Source: Candidatus Aminicenantes bacterium (GTDB lineage Bacteria; Acidobacteriota; Aminicenantia; Aminicenantales; Aminicenantaceae). Taken from it: a DNA stretch of 64,000 bases. This document shows positions 26,721 through 37,033 of this stretch, in pieces. The first letter of the stretch is position 1, and the number at the start of each line of letters is the position of its first letter. The notes below the pieces were generated by a model. It saw nothing but the letters and a program-made list of their open reading frames with translations. It had not been told where the DNA came from and made no database searches. The position numbers were made by a program, and so were the translations under genes. The DNA lies in the NCBI GenBank assembly GCA_011772495.1, contig WVZL01000016.1, positions 228,499 through 292,498 of the forward strand, in the 5' to 3' direction.

Positions 26721-27719
26721 ATGGTTAAAATATCTGAAATCATCAGAAAACCTGAAAGAGAAAGACCCAAACGCAAGCCAGGCATAATTTCAGAAGTCAT
26801 AAAAATCAAAAAAGAAGAAGAAAGTTTCCCAGGAATAAAAAAAATATACGAAGAGGCAATTCATAAATTAAAAAGACTCATGAATGATATTAAAGATGGA
26901 AAAAATGTTGAGGGGAAAAATGTCGCTGCCCTGGCTGAAAAAATAATAGAAAGTCTTAGGATTAATAAAAATATCCTAATATCCTTTGTGAATAATTCTG
27001 CTCTGCATGAAAGCAATGAAGATTATCTCTACCAGCATTCTCTAAACGCCTCTATCTTGGCCACTAACCTCGGCTCAGCTCGTGGTTACTCTAAAGACAA
27101 ACTCCTGGATCTATGTGGTTCGACTTTACTGCATGATATTGGCATCCTCAAAGTGCCCCGAGAAATCATAACCAAGCCCTCAATATTAACCAAAGAGGAA
27201 AACGACCAGATTAAAAAGCATCCAGCCCATGGCTTGGAACTCTTGGAGAACATAAAGAATCCTCCTGAATCCGCAGCCGCGGTCATCTATGAACATCATG
27301 AAAGAATAGACGGAACAGGCTATCCAGAAGGGAAAACAGGAGAGGAAATTTCCGAGTATGCCAAGATCGTGGCTATCGTTGAGGTTTACGAGGCCATCAC
27401 CCATCCCCGTCCCTATCACCGAAATATCCCCTATGAGGGCGCAAGAATGATTGTCCAGGAGGCTAAGAGCTCCTTCGAGCCTGAATTCGTTAAACTCTTT
27501 TTGAATTACATCACTCCTTATCCCCCTGGAAGCCTGATATTATTGAACAATGATGAAGTTGGTCGGGTTGTCCATATCAACGAAGGGCTTCCTCTGCGCC
27601 CTATCGTGGAAATAATTTATGATTCAGAGGGCAGGCCCGCTGAGAAACCGAAGCGGATCGACTTATCCAAGTCTCCTGTCTTAAACATCAAGAGAGCTGT
27701 AGACGAGAGCAGTCTGTAA
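26721..27719 (+). CDS. HD-GYP domain c-di-GMP phosphodiesterase-like protein
   Basis: It contains LLHDIGILKVP (HD) and YEHHERIDGTGYPEG (GYP). It starts 6 nt downstream of the exeA-like gene. Confidence 0.85.
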   Translation: MVKISEIIRKPERERPKRKPGIISEVIKIKKEEESFPGIKKIYEEAIHKLKRLMNDIKDGKNVEGKNVAALAEKIIESLRINKNILISFVNNSALHESNEDYLYQHSLNASILATNLGSARGYSKDKLLDLCGSTLLHDIGILKVPREIITKPSILTKEENDQIKKHPAHGLELLENIKNPPESAAAVIYEHHERIDGTGYPEGKTGEEISEYAKIVAIVEVYEAITHPRPYHRNIPYEGARMIVQEAKSSFEPEFVKLFLNYITPYPPGSLILLNNDEVGRVVHINEGLPLRPIVEIIYDSEGRPAEKPKRIDLSKSPVLNIKRAVDESSL

Positions 27720-27812
27720 GTATCTTTATTGTGCTTCGATACGAACACTGGATTCGAAGCAATTTTACAACTGGTTGAAACTAAGGATTGTGCCTAAAAA
27801 AAGGCATAATAC

Positions 27813-28496
27813 ATGATTGTTTCCATCCATCAACCTCAGTACTTGCCCTGGTTAGGCTATTTCGATAAGATCGAGAGAAGTGATATTTTTATTTTCTTGG
27901 ATAATGTGCAGTTCAAAAAGAACGAATGGCAGAATCGGAACAAGATCAAAACAGACCAGCAATGGCAGTGGCTGACTGTTCCAGTAATTCACAAATTCGG
28001 CCAGAAAATCGGTGAAGTCGAAATCAATAATACTGTCCGTTGGGGAAGGAAACATCTGTCGGCCTTGACGACTCACTATTCTAAGGCTACCTATTTTGAA
28101 GAATATGCTGCTTTTTTTGAGCAAACTTATGCTCAGGAATGGAAATTGTTGACCGGTCTTAATATTCACCTCATTCAATATTTGGCCAAAGCCTTAGGTA
28201 TTTCGAATACAGAGTTTGTCATATCGTCAGAATATGAATCCAGGGAAGAACCCACTGAACGATTAGTCGATCTTTGCAAGCAGGCGCAAGGCAAAGTTTA
28301 CCTCTCTGGAAAAGATGGAGCAAAATATCTGAATCTTGACGCCTTTGAAAAAGAAGGCATCCAGGTCATTTTTCAAGAATATCATCATCCTCAATATCCT
28401 CAGCTCTACGGAAATTTTGAGCCATATATGTCGATCATAGATTTATTATTCAATTGTGGGCCGGAAAGCCTTTCCATCCTCAAGAAAGGAGAATAA
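27813..28496 (+). CDS. WbqC-family protein
   Basis: It begins MIVSIHQPQYLPWLGYFDKIERSDIFIFLDNVQF, the WbqC N-terminal signature. Confidence 0.75.
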   Translation: MIVSIHQPQYLPWLGYFDKIERSDIFIFLDNVQFKKNEWQNRNKIKTDQQWQWLTVPVIHKFGQKIGEVEINNTVRWGRKHLSALTTHYSKATYFEEYAAFFEQTYAQEWKLLTGLNIHLIQYLAKALGISNTEFVISSEYESREEPTERLVDLCKQAQGKVYLSGKDGAKYLNLDAFEKEGIQVIFQEYHHPQYPQLYGNFEPYMSIIDLLFNCGPESLSILKKGE

Positions 28497-28497
28497 A

Positions 28498-29112
28498 TTG
28501 AATATTTTAGCCCTAGGAGCCCATCCAGACGACATCGAATACGGGTGCGGAGGCACTTTTCTTAAATTTTCCAAAAAGGGAGTAAATATTTATTTTATGG
28601 TTCTCACCAAAGGAGAGTTTGGCGGCGATTCTAAAACTAGGGAGAAAGAACAAGAAGAGGCCCTGAAATTACTGAGAGTCAAGAAAATCTTTTGGGGAGG
28701 ATACACCGATACAGAGCTTCCCAATGAAAGAGTCATCATCACTCACATCGACAAAGTCATTGCCGAAGTCAATCCGGACGAAGTGTATGTCAACTACATC
28801 GAGGATATCCATCAGGACCACCGCACCTTGGCCGAGTGCACTCTGGCGGCCACGAGATATGTCAAAAGAGTCTTCTTTTATGAAGATTATACTTCCAGTA
28901 ATTTTGAGCCTGACATATTCGTCGACATCGAAGACGTGCTGGAAGAAAAGCAACAATTGATTCAATGCTATTCTTCTCAAGTGGCTAAAGCTTATCCGAC
29001 CAAACTGGATATGGTGGAAAGCATCAGAGCTGCAGCCAATTTCAGGGGATTCCAAGGCAAAGTCAAATATGCTGAGGGGTTTAAGGCCTTCAGATTCTTG
29101 CGCGACCTATGA
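28498..29112 (+). CDS. PIG-L/LmbE family deacetylase
   Basis: It contains LNILALGAHPDDIEYGCGGT (HPDD motif) and HQDHR. The TTG start at 28498 follows a GGAGA SD. The track ORF begins at 28456 inside the upstream gene. Confidence 0.8.
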   Translation: MNILALGAHPDDIEYGCGGTFLKFSKKGVNIYFMVLTKGEFGGDSKTREKEQEEALKLLRVKKIFWGGYTDTELPNERVIITHIDKVIAEVNPDEVYVNYIEDIHQDHRTLAECTLAATRYVKRVFFYEDYTSSNFEPDIFVDIEDVLEEKQQLIQCYSSQVAKAYPTKLDMVESIRAAANFRGFQGKVKYAEGFKAFRFLRDL

Positions 29113-30161
29113 CGCATACGGACACAATACCTCATTCCCGCCCTCTTGTTGCGGAGTTGGATTTAGAAGCTGTAGTCTCTGCGCTTGAATCCGGCCAAAT
29201 ATCTCAAGGGCCAGCAGTCGATAAATTCGAAAAGGCTCTGGCTGAGTATATCGGCCAAAATAAGGCAGCAGCTACCAACTCTGGTACTGCAGCACTCCAC
29301 TTGGCTCTGCTCGCTTTAGATGTAAAAGAGAAGGATGAAATCATAATCCCTTCCTTTGTCTGTTCTGCAGTCCTCAATGCGGTGAATCACACGGGTGCCA
29401 CTCCGGTCATCGCCGACATCGAGCTTCTCACCTACAACCTATCTGTTGAATCGGTCAAAAAAACATTAACCCAAAAAACAAAAGCCATTATTGTCCCTCA
29501 TATGTTCGGCTGCCCGGCAGAGATGAATAAATTCCTAGAGCTGGATATTCCCATCATCGAAGATTGCGCTCAGGCTATAGGAGCGACTTTTAAGGGACAG
29601 AAGGTGGGGAGCCTAGGTCTCCTTTCTATTTTTTCTTTTTATACCACTAAAGTGATGGCTTGCGGAGAAGGCGGAATGGTCCTGAGCGATGCAGAGGATT
29701 TGATTTTGAAAATCAAAGACCTCAGAGAATATGACAATAAAGATGATTATCTGGTACGCTATAACTACAAAATGACCGATATCCAGGCAGCCTTAGGATT
29801 GAGTCAATTGTCTTCATTAAATAAATTCGTAGCCAGGCGCAAAGAAATTGCTGCTTTATATTTTGAAGAATTTAAAGACTGCGATTTTTCCCTGCCAGTA
29901 TGGAAACAGGGAAAAGAGCATATCTATTACCGTTTTGTCATAAGAATAAAGGATGATATTTCTGGTTATCTTGAAAAATTTCAACAAAAAGGCATTATAT
30001 GCCGGCGTCCTGTTTACAAACCTCTTCATCTCTATTTAAACCTACCCGGTTTTCCCCAGACAACCGAAGCCTGGCAAAAGGCTATATCCATACCCCTCTA
30101 TCCATCATTAACAGAAGAAGAGATTGATAGAATTATTGAAGCAGTCAAAGATATTTTCTAA
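29109..30161 (+). CDS. DegT/DnrJ/EryC1/StrS family PLP-dependent sugar aminotransferase
   Basis: It contains NSGTAALHLAL, IIVPHMFG, EDCAQAIG and FSFYTTKVMACGEGG, which includes the PLP Lys. It overlaps the upstream gene by 4 nt. Confidence 0.85.
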   Translation: MTHTDTIPHSRPLVAELDLEAVVSALESGQISQGPAVDKFEKALAEYIGQNKAAATNSGTAALHLALLALDVKEKDEIIIPSFVCSAVLNAVNHTGATPVIADIELLTYNLSVESVKKTLTQKTKAIIVPHMFGCPAEMNKFLELDIPIIEDCAQAIGATFKGQKVGSLGLLSIFSFYTTKVMACGEGGMVLSDAEDLILKIKDLREYDNKDDYLVRYNYKMTDIQAALGLSQLSSLNKFVARRKEIAALYFEEFKDCDFSLPVWKQGKEHIYYRFVIRIKDDISGYLEKFQQKGIICRRPVYKPLHLYLNLPGFPQTTEAWQKAISIPLYPSLTEEEIDRIIEAVKDIF

Positions 30162-30176
30162 TATAAGGTCTTAAAC

Positions 30177-31250
30177 ATGAGAACCATCCTAGATATTATT
30201 CATTCGTTCTTAGCTGGCGTGCCAATGAGAGCATTTCTTCTTTTTCTTTTTGCTTTTCTCCTCTCATTTCTTTTAACACCTGTAATCAGATTCTTGGCAA
30301 CTAAACTGAAAATTCTGGACATTCCTAATGAGAGAAAAATCCACCAAAATCCAGTGCCTCTTTTAGGAGGAGTGGCCATTTACATTTCCTACGTTGTCAC
30401 CGTCTTTTTAAATTTTAGCTTCTCGATTGAATTGAAAGGAGTAATCTTAGGAGGCACAATAGTATTGCTTGTAGGGCTCATAGATGATATCTGGAACATA
30501 TCAGCAACCTTAAAGTTAGCATCTCAAATCTTAGCCTCATCGATTCTGATCGTATACGGAGTTAAACTCAGCTTTTTACCCAACAACTGGTGGGGGAACG
30601 GAGGAGAAATCCTCCTGACCATAATCTGGGTGGTGGGCATCATCAATGCCGTCAATTTTTTTGATGGCATGGATGGTTTAGCTGCAGGCCTGACTGCTAT
30701 TTGTTCCGTGTGTTTTTTTATCGTAGCTGCCATAACCCATCAAGCCTATTTAGGATTCTTAGCCATTGCTTTAGCCGGAAGCTGCCTGGGATTCTTAAAA
30801 TTTAATTTCAAACCCGCAACTATTTTCTTAGGAGACACAGGCAGCACTTTCTTAGGTTTTACTCTGGCCGGAATTGCTGTGATGGGCGGCTGGGCAGAGA
30901 AAAATCCCAAGGTTGCGCTAAGTCTACCGATCTTGATTTTAAGTGTGTTTATTTTTGATATGATTTACATCACCATCGCCCGGATTCTGGATGGAAAGGT
31001 CAGAAACCTGAAGGAATGGATCGAATACACGGGAAAAGACCATCTTCATCATCGTTTGGTCAATCTTGGGTTTTCAGAGATAGAAACAGTGCTTTTCATT
31101 TATCTCATAGCAGCCTGTCTGGGAATAAGCGGGATTAACCTTAAAACAAACGGAGATTTAAAGATCTATTTTGAACTTCTCCAAGGATTTTATATATTTA
31201 TTATTGTCGTTATCCTCATGTTTACCGGACGCAAACTAGCCAGTAAATAA
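30177..31250 (+). CDS. MraY/WecA-family polyprenyl-phosphate hexosamine-1-phosphate transferase (initiating enzyme)
   Basis: It contains DIPNERKIHQNPVPLLGG, NAVNFFDGMDGLAAG and FLGDTGSTFLGF, with about 10 TM segments. Confidence 0.85.
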   Translation: MRTILDIIHSFLAGVPMRAFLLFLFAFLLSFLLTPVIRFLATKLKILDIPNERKIHQNPVPLLGGVAIYISYVVTVFLNFSFSIELKGVILGGTIVLLVGLIDDIWNISATLKLASQILASSILIVYGVKLSFLPNNWWGNGGEILLTIIWVVGIINAVNFFDGMDGLAAGLTAICSVCFFIVAAITHQAYLGFLAIALAGSCLGFLKFNFKPATIFLGDTGSTFLGFTLAGIAVMGGWAEKNPKVALSLPILILSVFIFDMIYITIARILDGKVRNLKEWIEYTGKDHLHHRLVNLGFSEIETVLFIYLIAACLGISGINLKTNGDLKIYFELLQGFYIFIIVVILMFTGRKLASK

Positions 31251-31347
31251 ATAGAAAACTCTTCACTCAAAGAGACAAACAAAAAAAGAAGATCTTAGAG
31301 TGAGATGAGATTCCTATTCCAGACAAATAGCTGCTATTGCTCAAACC

Positions 31348-32499
31348 ATGAGATATTTTTTTAAATACATCATTCGCAGTTCCAGACTAGGAGATATAGC
31401 CAGATTTTCGAGAGCTTTTTTTTATCGGGGTCTTGATTTTCTTGGCCAAAAGGCTTTTTTTATCTTAAGGACGTTCCATTTATTATCTCCGCTAGAAGAA
31501 TTTAACAAGAAGCGAGTTAAAAAAATATTGATAATACTCTTGGATAGAATTGGCGATGTCATTTTATCAACCCCTGCCTTAAGAGCAGTTAGAGAAGCTT
31601 TTCCTAAGGCAGAGATTCATCTTCTTGTTAGAGATTATACAAAAGAATTACTAGTGAATAACCCGAATATCAACGGATTGCAAATTTTTAAAAAAGATAG
31701 TCTAAGCAAGGATTATGATTTAGCCATTGCTCTTCATCCAGGGATAACACAGAACTATTTAACCTTTACGTGCGAGGCAAAATACAGAGTTGGTTATACT
31801 GGATGGGGAGGAGGATTCTTTTTAACCCATACCTTGAAGGATGATCGATCAACCAGAATAAGACATGAAGTTGAATCAGCTTTAGAGGTCGTTGGAGTAG
31901 CGGGAGGAAAAACAGAGGATAAGAAATTGGATATTTCGGTGACTGAAGAAGGAGAGAAGTTTGCTCGGGATTATTTCAAAAAAAATAATTTGTCGTCAAA
32001 TCAGCCAGTTGTCGCCATCCATCCCGGCGCACGGCAAGAATACATAAGATGGAACAAAGAAGGATTCGCTGAGGTCGCTGATAGATTAATCAAATTTAAG
32101 AACGTCAAAGTCATCTTAACCGGAAGCAGCAAAGAGGATCAATTAGTGAAAGAAACAGCATCTCTCATGGCCGAAAAGCCAGTGTGCGCTGTAGGATTAA
32201 GGTTAACTCAGTTAATATCTCTGCTAAAGAAATGCAGCTTATTCATTGGGAATAGCACCGGACCCATGCACATTGCCGCTGGTTTGGATATACCTGTGGT
32301 TGCTATATTTGGGGCAATTCATCCTTTAGATAGTTATCAGGAATGGAGGCCTTGGAACGAAAAGCACATCGTTGTAAGCAAGAACTTAAATTGCCCACAA
32401 TGCCATCCTACTGATTGTAAAACATTTGAGTGCATGGAAATGATTTCAGCCGATGACGTAGTGAACGCAGCTGAAGAGCTGTTAAAGACCAAGACTTGA
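31348..32499 (+). CDS. Glycosyltransferase family 9 (heptosyltransferase-like)
   Basis: It contains KILIILLDRIGDVILSTPALRAVREAFPKAEIHLLV and FIGNSTGPMHIAAGLDIPVVAIFG, the GT9 hallmarks. Confidence 0.75.
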   Translation: MRYFFKYIIRSSRLGDIARFSRAFFYRGLDFLGQKAFFILRTFHLLSPLEEFNKKRVKKILIILLDRIGDVILSTPALRAVREAFPKAEIHLLVRDYTKELLVNNPNINGLQIFKKDSLSKDYDLAIALHPGITQNYLTFTCEAKYRVGYTGWGGGFFLTHTLKDDRSTRIRHEVESALEVVGVAGGKTEDKKLDISVTEEGEKFARDYFKKNNLSSNQPVVAIHPGARQEYIRWNKEGFAEVADRLIKFKNVKVILTGSSKEDQLVKETASLMAEKPVCAVGLRLTQLISLLKKCSLFIGNSTGPMHIAAGLDIPVVAIFGAIHPLDSYQEWRPWNEKHIVVSKNLNCPQCHPTDCKTFECMEMISADDVVNAAEELLKTKT

Positions 32500-32803
32500 T
32501 GAAACGGCTATCGAATATGGTTTTTCAATCTTTAAAAGCATAGGCAGAGAAGTCTTATTAATTTCGAATATAAGGATATATAAGCGTAGGCATGTTTCGA
32601 GGCAAGTTTTATCTCATAATCGATTCTATGATCCACAACAATGTTCATATTTTCTCCGGTATAAAATAGGGCTAACTGGAAGCTTGAATGGATAAAAAAG
32701 AAGATAAGAAAATTAAGATGAGTTTGCTATTAGATTTGAATTGACTCGCTTCTACGCATTCTATTCTAACGCTACATGTATGAGTAAAATGATATTTCCT
32801 TTT

Positions 32804-34831
32804 CTAGTCTATATAGCCCAATCCCTTCAGTCTCCGCTCAATTTCCGCATCAGCTGAAGATGCCGAAGGCTTCAGCTCACTCAACCTCCACTTACCGTAG
32901 GATGAGATGTATTTTGCTGGAAGTTCATCGAGAAGCCGTTCCTCAATGGCTTCGGTCAGCACTTTGCCATCCATATCATGTCCCACCGGAAGATTCATGA
33001 GATAAAGGATTGTAGGCGTGATGTCCAAAACACCCGCCTCCTCTAACTTCTGACCCTTCTTGATGTCTTTTCCCCACAAGATAACAACACCTGGAGTAGA
33101 TAAGTCATGAGTGGTTTGCGTCCTATGCCGCCAATGCCCCCCATACAGCGGTCTTTCTCCATGGTCAGAAATGATCATGACCACTGTGTTCTCATCGATA
33201 TTTTGGAGCAGTCTGCCTATAAATTTGTCCATATGAATATAATATTTATCAATGACTTTTGAAAACATTCGGATGTCATTTTCATCTACATCGCGGTAAT
33301 ATTCCGGCTCTCGCCATTTCCAGAAATTGTGAGCGACAGCATCAGGGCCATGAAGATAGACAGCTCGAAAATCCAGATCATGATATTTGCCAAACAAATG
33401 CTGAGCAATGTTCATATAAGTCGTATCCTTCAAATATTCGAATTTCAGGATTTCCAGTTCCGGCCGGCTATCGGAATCTTCTGGCAATAAACCGTCTTTC
33501 ATATCAGAAAGTTCCATAAACTGGTCTATTTTCCCAGTCAAAGGCCCTGCAGCCAGGACAGTCTCATGGGAAGGTCTATGACATTGGTGGCGCAATTCTA
33601 TAAAAGGGTTAACTTCTTCCCTGAGGATATTTGGATAAACACATTTTTCTAGGTCAAGACAATGCGCCCGTTCGGTGACTAAAAATCCATTGACTTCATA
33701 AACCGGCCAGGTCGGATACCAGCCAACAATACCCACTTTCTTTTCGTACTCGCTGAGCACATCCCACACAGGCCTACTCAGCCACAATTCACTCGTGACA
33801 GGCAGGTATTTAAGCAGATCGAAAGGAAGGATATTATCCATTCTTTCCAGTATGCCCTTGATTCCAAAGTACGGCGGGAACTGTCGCACAGATCCTGTCA
33901 TTCCCTTGAATGTACAAGTGCGAAAATCCATGATTCCGTGCTTTACAGGAAGCTTACCTGTAGCAATACTCGTCCACACAGCAGGAGTAAACGTTGGCGC
34001 AATTGTTTGCAAATACCCAGACGAGCCATCTTTAATCAACCTGGCCAGGTTTGATAAATACCCTCGCTCCAGTAAAGGGCTAATAACATCCCAACAAAGC
34101 CCATCGAGGCCGATGACTAAAATACTCCTTGAATTTTTCACCTTATTTTGGGCATCCTTCTTTTGGAGTGCACTTTCCTTTTCAGGAGGAACACCTATTG
34201 CACTCCGTCGAAAAGCCAACCACGCCACTAGGCCAATGAGGATGCATAGAGATAAAAACAGGACAAGACCTAAAAATATATTTATTCTGTTTAGTATAAG
34301 AAATATTAGATAAGCAATTGAAACGCTAAGCGCAATTGTACCTAGCGTAAGGAGTAGGTTTTTAACACTGAGCACGAATAATGTGTTTAGGGGACCTGAT
34401 ATAAACCGATGATCGGGAGATTCATAATAGGTAGCCGTGAGCCTTGATTGCAAGTGCCAGAAGAGGAATGGAAAAAATGCGGCTGAGAAAGCTAGGGAAA
34501 ATACAAACGATGGCCCAAAGGAACGATGAAGTAGAGCAAACAGGATTGCTAAAATAGAACTCGATATGAAGCCTGCCAGCGTTCCCAAAATTATATATGA
34601 AAGCAGAATATAGATAGAGATAAGAAATATGTCCTTCTTTGTATCGTGCAACCGGTTTAACCTTATCACCCCCAACGAAAGAAAGATTCCAAGCATGATT
34701 CCTACAGATAGACCCGCGGCCATCCCAATTCTTATATTGAAAGACAATAACGCTCCGCTGAGCATCACTACTAACAGGAAAGCGGCTGCGCCAATTTTTT
34801 TCCATTGTGTTGGACGGGATTCTATGCTCAT
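32804..34831 (-). CDS. Membrane-anchored alkaline phosphatase superfamily enzyme (type I phosphodiesterase/nucleotide pyrophosphatase-like)
   Basis: The N-terminal ~210 aa is polytopic. The catalytic part reads ILVIGLDGLCWDVISPLLERGYLSNLARL...APTFTPAVWTSIATG and ends with VVMIISDHGE. Confidence 0.7.
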   Translation of the reverse strand: MSIESRPTQWKKIGAAAFLLVVMLSGALLSFNIRIGMAAGLSVGIMLGIFLSLGVIRLNRLHDTKKDIFLISIYILLSYIILGTLAGFISSSILAILFALLHRSFGPSFVFSLAFSAAFFPFLFWHLQSRLTATYYESPDHRFISGPLNTLFVLSVKNLLLTLGTIALSVSIAYLIFLILNRINIFLGLVLFLSLCILIGLVAWLAFRRSAIGVPPEKESALQKKDAQNKVKNSRSILVIGLDGLCWDVISPLLERGYLSNLARLIKDGSSGYLQTIAPTFTPAVWTSIATGKLPVKHGIMDFRTCTFKGMTGSVRQFPPYFGIKGILERMDNILPFDLLKYLPVTSELWLSRPVWDVLSEYEKKVGIVGWYPTWPVYEVNGFLVTERAHCLDLEKCVYPNILREEVNPFIELRHQCHRPSHETVLAAGPLTGKIDQFMELSDMKDGLLPEDSDSRPELEILKFEYLKDTTYMNIAQHLFGKYHDLDFRAVYLHGPDAVAHNFWKWREPEYYRDVDENDIRMFSKVIDKYYIHMDKFIGRLLQNIDENTVVMIISDHGERPLYGGHWRHRTQTTHDLSTPGVVILWGKDIKKGQKLEEAGVLDITPTILYLMNLPVGHDMDGKVLTEAIEERLLDELPAKYISSYGKWRLSELKPSASSADAEIERRLKGLGYID

Positions 34832-34985
34832 AATGCTTCTTCCAATAGCTCCTGTTTGACAGAAAACGAATTACCAGCTATTGCGAGAAATTTCACTATA
34901 AAAAATACTAAGCTGTGCATGCACTTTCTAATTTTTATATCAAGGCTCTCGATTTTTAGATTACACTCAAATTCGTAATTGATCC

Positions 34986-35840
34986 CTAGTCATCAAATAA
35001 TCTTTCTTGCAGGTTACAATTGCAGTCTATTCTCTTCTCGAGAAGCTCTGAACCAGGTCTAGAGCCTTTACGAGCTATAACTTCCAGTTGACGCCGAAAA
35101 AAGGGAATCAAGTATTCGATGACCTTATCGATATATGTCAGAATCTTCCACTTCAAATTTAAACTATGGAAACCATGTGTTTTTTTGACCTTCCGATAAG
35201 ACAACGAATTTATTACGAACCCGGTCACCTGCAGCAGGTCACGCAATTCGTGTGCTGAATACTCATGAACGTGTCCCATGTGCCCTAACCAATAAAGTTT
35301 AGCAAACTCATCTACTATACTGCCCATTGCTCTACGTCCTCTAAAAAAGCTGACAACATTCAGAAGTGCATAGATATTGGCAGTCGTTAACAATAGCAGT
35401 TCTTTTTCGTCTAATATCCTGTATGCCTCTGTGAGGGCATGTAAAGGATTAATCCGAAGATGTTCCAGGACCTCGTTCATAACCACGACATCAAAACTTC
35501 TATCAACAAAAGGCCAAACTTCTGTTTCAATATCGAGTTTTTTTACTCTTAAACTGTTTGCCTGGATAAACTTTTTAAGTCTTTCAGCTGCTATATCCAC
35601 CCCAACAACAGGATAGTCTAATTCCTTTAACAACCAGATAAAATGATAGGGATGAGTTCCAACATTTAGGATCCTGCTTTTTTTCGATAAGATATCTTGA
35701 TTTATCAGGCACGATAAATCTTGTTCGTATCGCCATTGATGTTCTCTTAAGTAATGGAGGCTGGATAACCGGAACTCACCATCACAATTCTTATCTACAG
35801 ATTCTTGAAGCCCGGAGAACAAGCGATGCCATTCTAACAT
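34986..35840 (-). CDS. Class I SAM-dependent methyltransferase-like protein with a degenerate motif I
   Basis: It contains ILNVGTHPYHFIWLL..VVGVDI...FDVVVMNEVLEHL, which follows a Methyltransf_11/23-like order. The glycine-rich loop is atypical. Confidence 0.6.
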   Translation of the reverse strand: MLEWHRLFSGLQESVDKNCDGEFRLSSLHYLREHQWRYEQDLSCLINQDILSKKSRILNVGTHPYHFIWLLKELDYPVVGVDIAAERLKKFIQANSLRVKKLDIETEVWPFVDRSFDVVVMNEVLEHLRINPLHALTEAYRILDEKELLLLTTANIYALLNVVSFFRGRRAMGSIVDEFAKLYWLGHMGHVHEYSAHELRDLLQVTGFVINSLSYRKVKKTHGFHSLNLKWKILTYIDKVIEYLIPFFRRQLEVIARKGSRPGSELLEKRIDCNCNLQERLFDD

Positions 35841-35898
35841 TCGTTGTTACCTTCTCTGCAAATAATACAATAAGCAAAATTATCGGCCTGCTGATTCA

Positions 35899-37026
35899 TC
35901 ACAATTGCTCAATCAAGCTGCTTAGTTTAGTGCATATTTTGGACCAATCATATGAATCAACAAGATGATTCCAGGATTCCTGCCATCTCATTTTGCGTGC
36001 CTTTTTTACAGCCTCTATCCATCTGCTGACCTCGTTGGGAACAATAATGACATTGGGAAAATTTAACCTTTCTACTTCTTTTAGGTTTGCCGAAACAATA
36101 GTTTTTTTGGCCGCAGTATACTCGATTAATTTTATATGAAATGCCAAATCCTGTTGGTACGATTTTTCTTTGGGTAATACTGCCACATCCATGGCCGCAA
36201 AATAAGGGTAAATGTCTTCAGGAGAAATTGAGTCAGTAAAAATTATCTGGGGGTCTTTGATCTTTTTTCGAAAATAAATTACATCTTTGCCCGGGCCCAC
36301 CAGGAATAATGCAGCATCTTTCATTTCTTTCTTCAGTTTCTTAAAGCCTTCGATCAGAAATCCTAAGTTCATCCAAGGACCAAAGTGTCCTATACAACCA
36401 ATAACAAAACGCTGACTTAAACCATATTTTTGTCTAATCTTATCAATCTGGTGCTTCTGTATTTTACGAAAATCCTCTAAATCTGCTCCATTAGGTATCC
36501 ACACAGCGTCTCTCTGATATTCAGTCCTGATAAAATCAATTAATCCTTTCGAACAAGCAATGACTAAATCTGCCTTTTTTACTTCTTTTTGGGTGTGATT
36601 ATAAACAAATTTTCCAAATTTACTTTCAAATTCCTTAGCAGGAAGATCTACAAAATCATAGATATATTTATATTTTTTATCTTCTGGCACAGAAAAGAGA
36701 AAATAGCTGCTGCTTAGAACAACATCAATATTTTTTTTAACACAAAACCTATCAAGTTGAGCTCTATTGAAATGATTGGCCAAACCTGGAGGTTGATGCA
36801 TTGTGGGAAATTCGACTATTTTAAGCTTTCCTTCTTTTTTAATTTTTGTTCTTTTTAACATATCTTTCAAAAGAACTGATATTCGTGAGACCAAGGTATA
36901 AGTGTAAGACTCAGTCCATGAGAGATAGAAACAGTTATGCCATCGCGATAGATGTCTGGCTATCTCTTTTTCACGGACTTTTACCTTATGAGTAGGCACA
37001 TGGGGAATAACTAAAACATTTTTCAT
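35899..37026 (-). CDS. Glycosyltransferase (GT-B fold, GT4-like)
   Basis: The C-terminal half has FVIGCIGHFGPWMNLGFLIEGFKKLK...ALFLVGPGKD...AAMDVAVLP, which resembles a GT-B nucleotide-sugar binding domain. The match is weaker than for the other GTs. Confidence 0.55.
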   Translation of the reverse strand: MKNVLVIPHVPTHKVKVREKEIARHLSRWHNCFYLSWTESYTYTLVSRISVLLKDMLKRTKIKKEGKLKIVEFPTMHQPPGLANHFNRAQLDRFCVKKNIDVVLSSSYFLFSVPEDKKYKYIYDFVDLPAKEFESKFGKFVYNHTQKEVKKADLVIACSKGLIDFIRTEYQRDAVWIPNGADLEDFRKIQKHQIDKIRQKYGLSQRFVIGCIGHFGPWMNLGFLIEGFKKLKKEMKDAALFLVGPGKDVIYFRKKIKDPQIIFTDSISPEDIYPYFAAMDVAVLPKEKSYQQDLAFHIKLIEYTAAKKTIVSANLKEVERLNFPNVIIVPNEVSRWIEAVKKARKMRWQESWNHLVDSYDWSKICTKLSSLIEQL

Positions 37027-37033
37027 GGATTAA

